NCBI RefSeq assembly: GCF_963921235.1
Contig: NC_086101.1
Span: 13,454,001 to 13,518,000 of the forward strand
Direction: 5' to 3'
DNA from: Mobula hypostoma
Lineage: Eukaryota
Length of the DNA: 64,000 nucleotides
The stretch's first letter is position 1; every line of letters starts with the position of its first letter. The translations under genes and the position numbers were made by a program. The notes under the pieces are model-generated. The model was not told the DNA's origin, did not search any database, and saw only the letters and a list, made by a program, of their open reading frames with translations. Below are positions 62,356 to 64,000 of the stretch, in pieces.

Positions 62356-64000
62356 CTCAGAAATCGATATATCGTTTTAGATACTGTTGGAGAGGTTGAC
62401 CTGACAGAGGAAGACCACAGTGAACGGGACTCTGGCACTCTGCCCAGTGTCGTGATCAAGAGACAAGGAGAAATGCAGTAGTTATAGGGGATTCCATAGT
62501 GAGGGGAACAGACAAAGGATTCTGCGAGCCGGACAAGGATACCTGGATGGTGTGTTGCTTCCCTGGTGCCAGGTTATGGGATGTCTCAGATCAGGTCCAG
62601 AGTATTCTGAAGAGAGAGGGCAAGCAGCCAGAAGTCTTGGTACGTGTTGGCACCAATGGCATAGACAGAAAAAAGAGAGGAGGGTCCTGAAGGAAGATTA
62701 CTGGGAGCTAGGAAGAACATTGAAAAGCCAGACCTCCAGAGTAATAATCTCAGGATTACTGCCTGAGCTGCGTGCTAATGATGGTAAGAATAGCAGAATT
62801 AAGCAGATGAATGCGTGTCTAAGTAACTGGTGCAGGGGGCAGGGCTTCAAATTCTTGGATCATTGGGATCTATTTTGGGGGAGGTATGACTTATACAAAA
62901 AAGATGGATTACACCTGAACCCAAAAGGTACTAATATCCTGGCGGGATTGTTTAATATAGCTGTTAGGGAGGGTTTAAACTAAGTTGGCAGGGGGAAGGA
63001 AGCCAGGGTGTTCGGGTCGAGGAAGAGGAAAATAGAAATAAGTCAAAGATACTGTGCAGCAAAGGTGGCAAGAAGGACAGGCAGGTGAATATACAGGATA
63101 ATTTGCTGTGAGATAGAAATATAGCAAATTCGGCAACAGGTACTGATCTAAATGTACTGTACGTAAATGCACGCAGCATTAGAAATAAAGTGGATGACCT
63201 TGCTGCACAGCTGCAGGTTAAAAGATATGACCTTGTGGCCATCACTGAGTCATGGCTAAATGATGGATGTGATTGGGAGCTGAATATCCCAGGATACACA
63301 GTGTACAGGAAGGATAGGAAGGTAGGTAAAGGGGGTGGCGTGACCCTGATGGTAAGTAACGATATCAAATCAATAGAAAGAAGGGACATAGGATCAGAAG
63401 AGGTAGAATCCTTATGGGTCGAGTTAAGAAATGGGAAGGGTGAAAAGACACTAATAGCAGTTATATACAGGCCTCCAAACAGCAGCCGGGATGTGGACTA
63501 CAAGTTACAGCTGGAAATAGAAATAGAAAAAGCGTGTCAGAAGGACAATGTCAAGATAATTATGGGGGATTTTAATATGAAAGTGGATTGGGAAAGTCAG
63601 GAAGGTAATGGATCTCAGGAGAGGGAGTTTGTAGAATGTCTACAGGATGGCTTTTTGGAGCAGCTTGTCCAGAAGCCCACCAGGGGACCGGCTGTTTTGG
63701 ATTGGGTGCCGTGTAACGAACCTGAGGCGATTAGGGAGCTGGGGGTAATGGAACCCCTTGGAAGAAGTGATCATAATATGATTGAGTTCAGTTTCAAATT
63801 TGAAAAGGAGAAGCTGGTATCAGGTGTATCGATATTTCAGTGGAACAAAGGAAATTACAGTGATGAGAGAGGAACTGGCCCAAGTCGATTGGAAAAGTAA
63901 ACTAGATGGAGGGACGTTAGAGCAGAATTGGATGAAATTTCTACAAGAAATAAGGAAAGTGCAGGAAAAATATATTCCAAGAAAGAAGAAAATTATGAAT
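62356..64000 (+). mobile_element. CR1 LINE: ORF1 SGNH esterase and ORF2 AP-endonuclease (degenerate)
   Basis: VIGDS, VGTN, DGLHLN esterase motifs; YVNARS, AITESWL, GGGV, IYRPP, MGDFN, SDHN endonuclease motifs. Confidence 0.92.

Overview
Repeat-rich vertebrate genomic DNA, most likely a cartilaginous fish (ray/shark; inferred from the repeat families). The window holds a dispersed cluster of intronless, stem-loop-type (replication-dependent class) histone genes, and almost every member is a divergent variant. Members: two H4 variants (16.0 kb, 51.9 kb), an H2A with an altered L1 loop and C-terminus (40.6 kb), a divergent H2B with an 11-nt frameshifting deletion (22.5 kb), old H2B and H2A pseudogenes (7.5-8.2 kb, 45.1 kb), and three H1-derived genes. 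No intact H3 is visible. The three H1 genes form an apparent series: intact winged helix with an Arg-rich protamine-like tail (25.6-26.3 kb), proline-broken winged helix (56.8-57.4 kb), and largely deleted winged helix plus 8 x 11-aa RKRAAA repeats (38.9-39.6 kb). All three are open and end in perfect histone stem-loops. This is my best candidate for an undescribed system: a germline/sperm chromatin variant cluster. The intergenic space is filled with fragmentary CR1, Rex1/Babar, L1, I/Nimb (RNase H) and Penelope-like elements, SINEs and LTR-like relics. The Penelope termini carry minimal type I hammerhead ribozyme motifs, and four short insertions break or fold back into palindromes at the 5' edge of the ribozyme core. 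Repeat boundaries are approximate.
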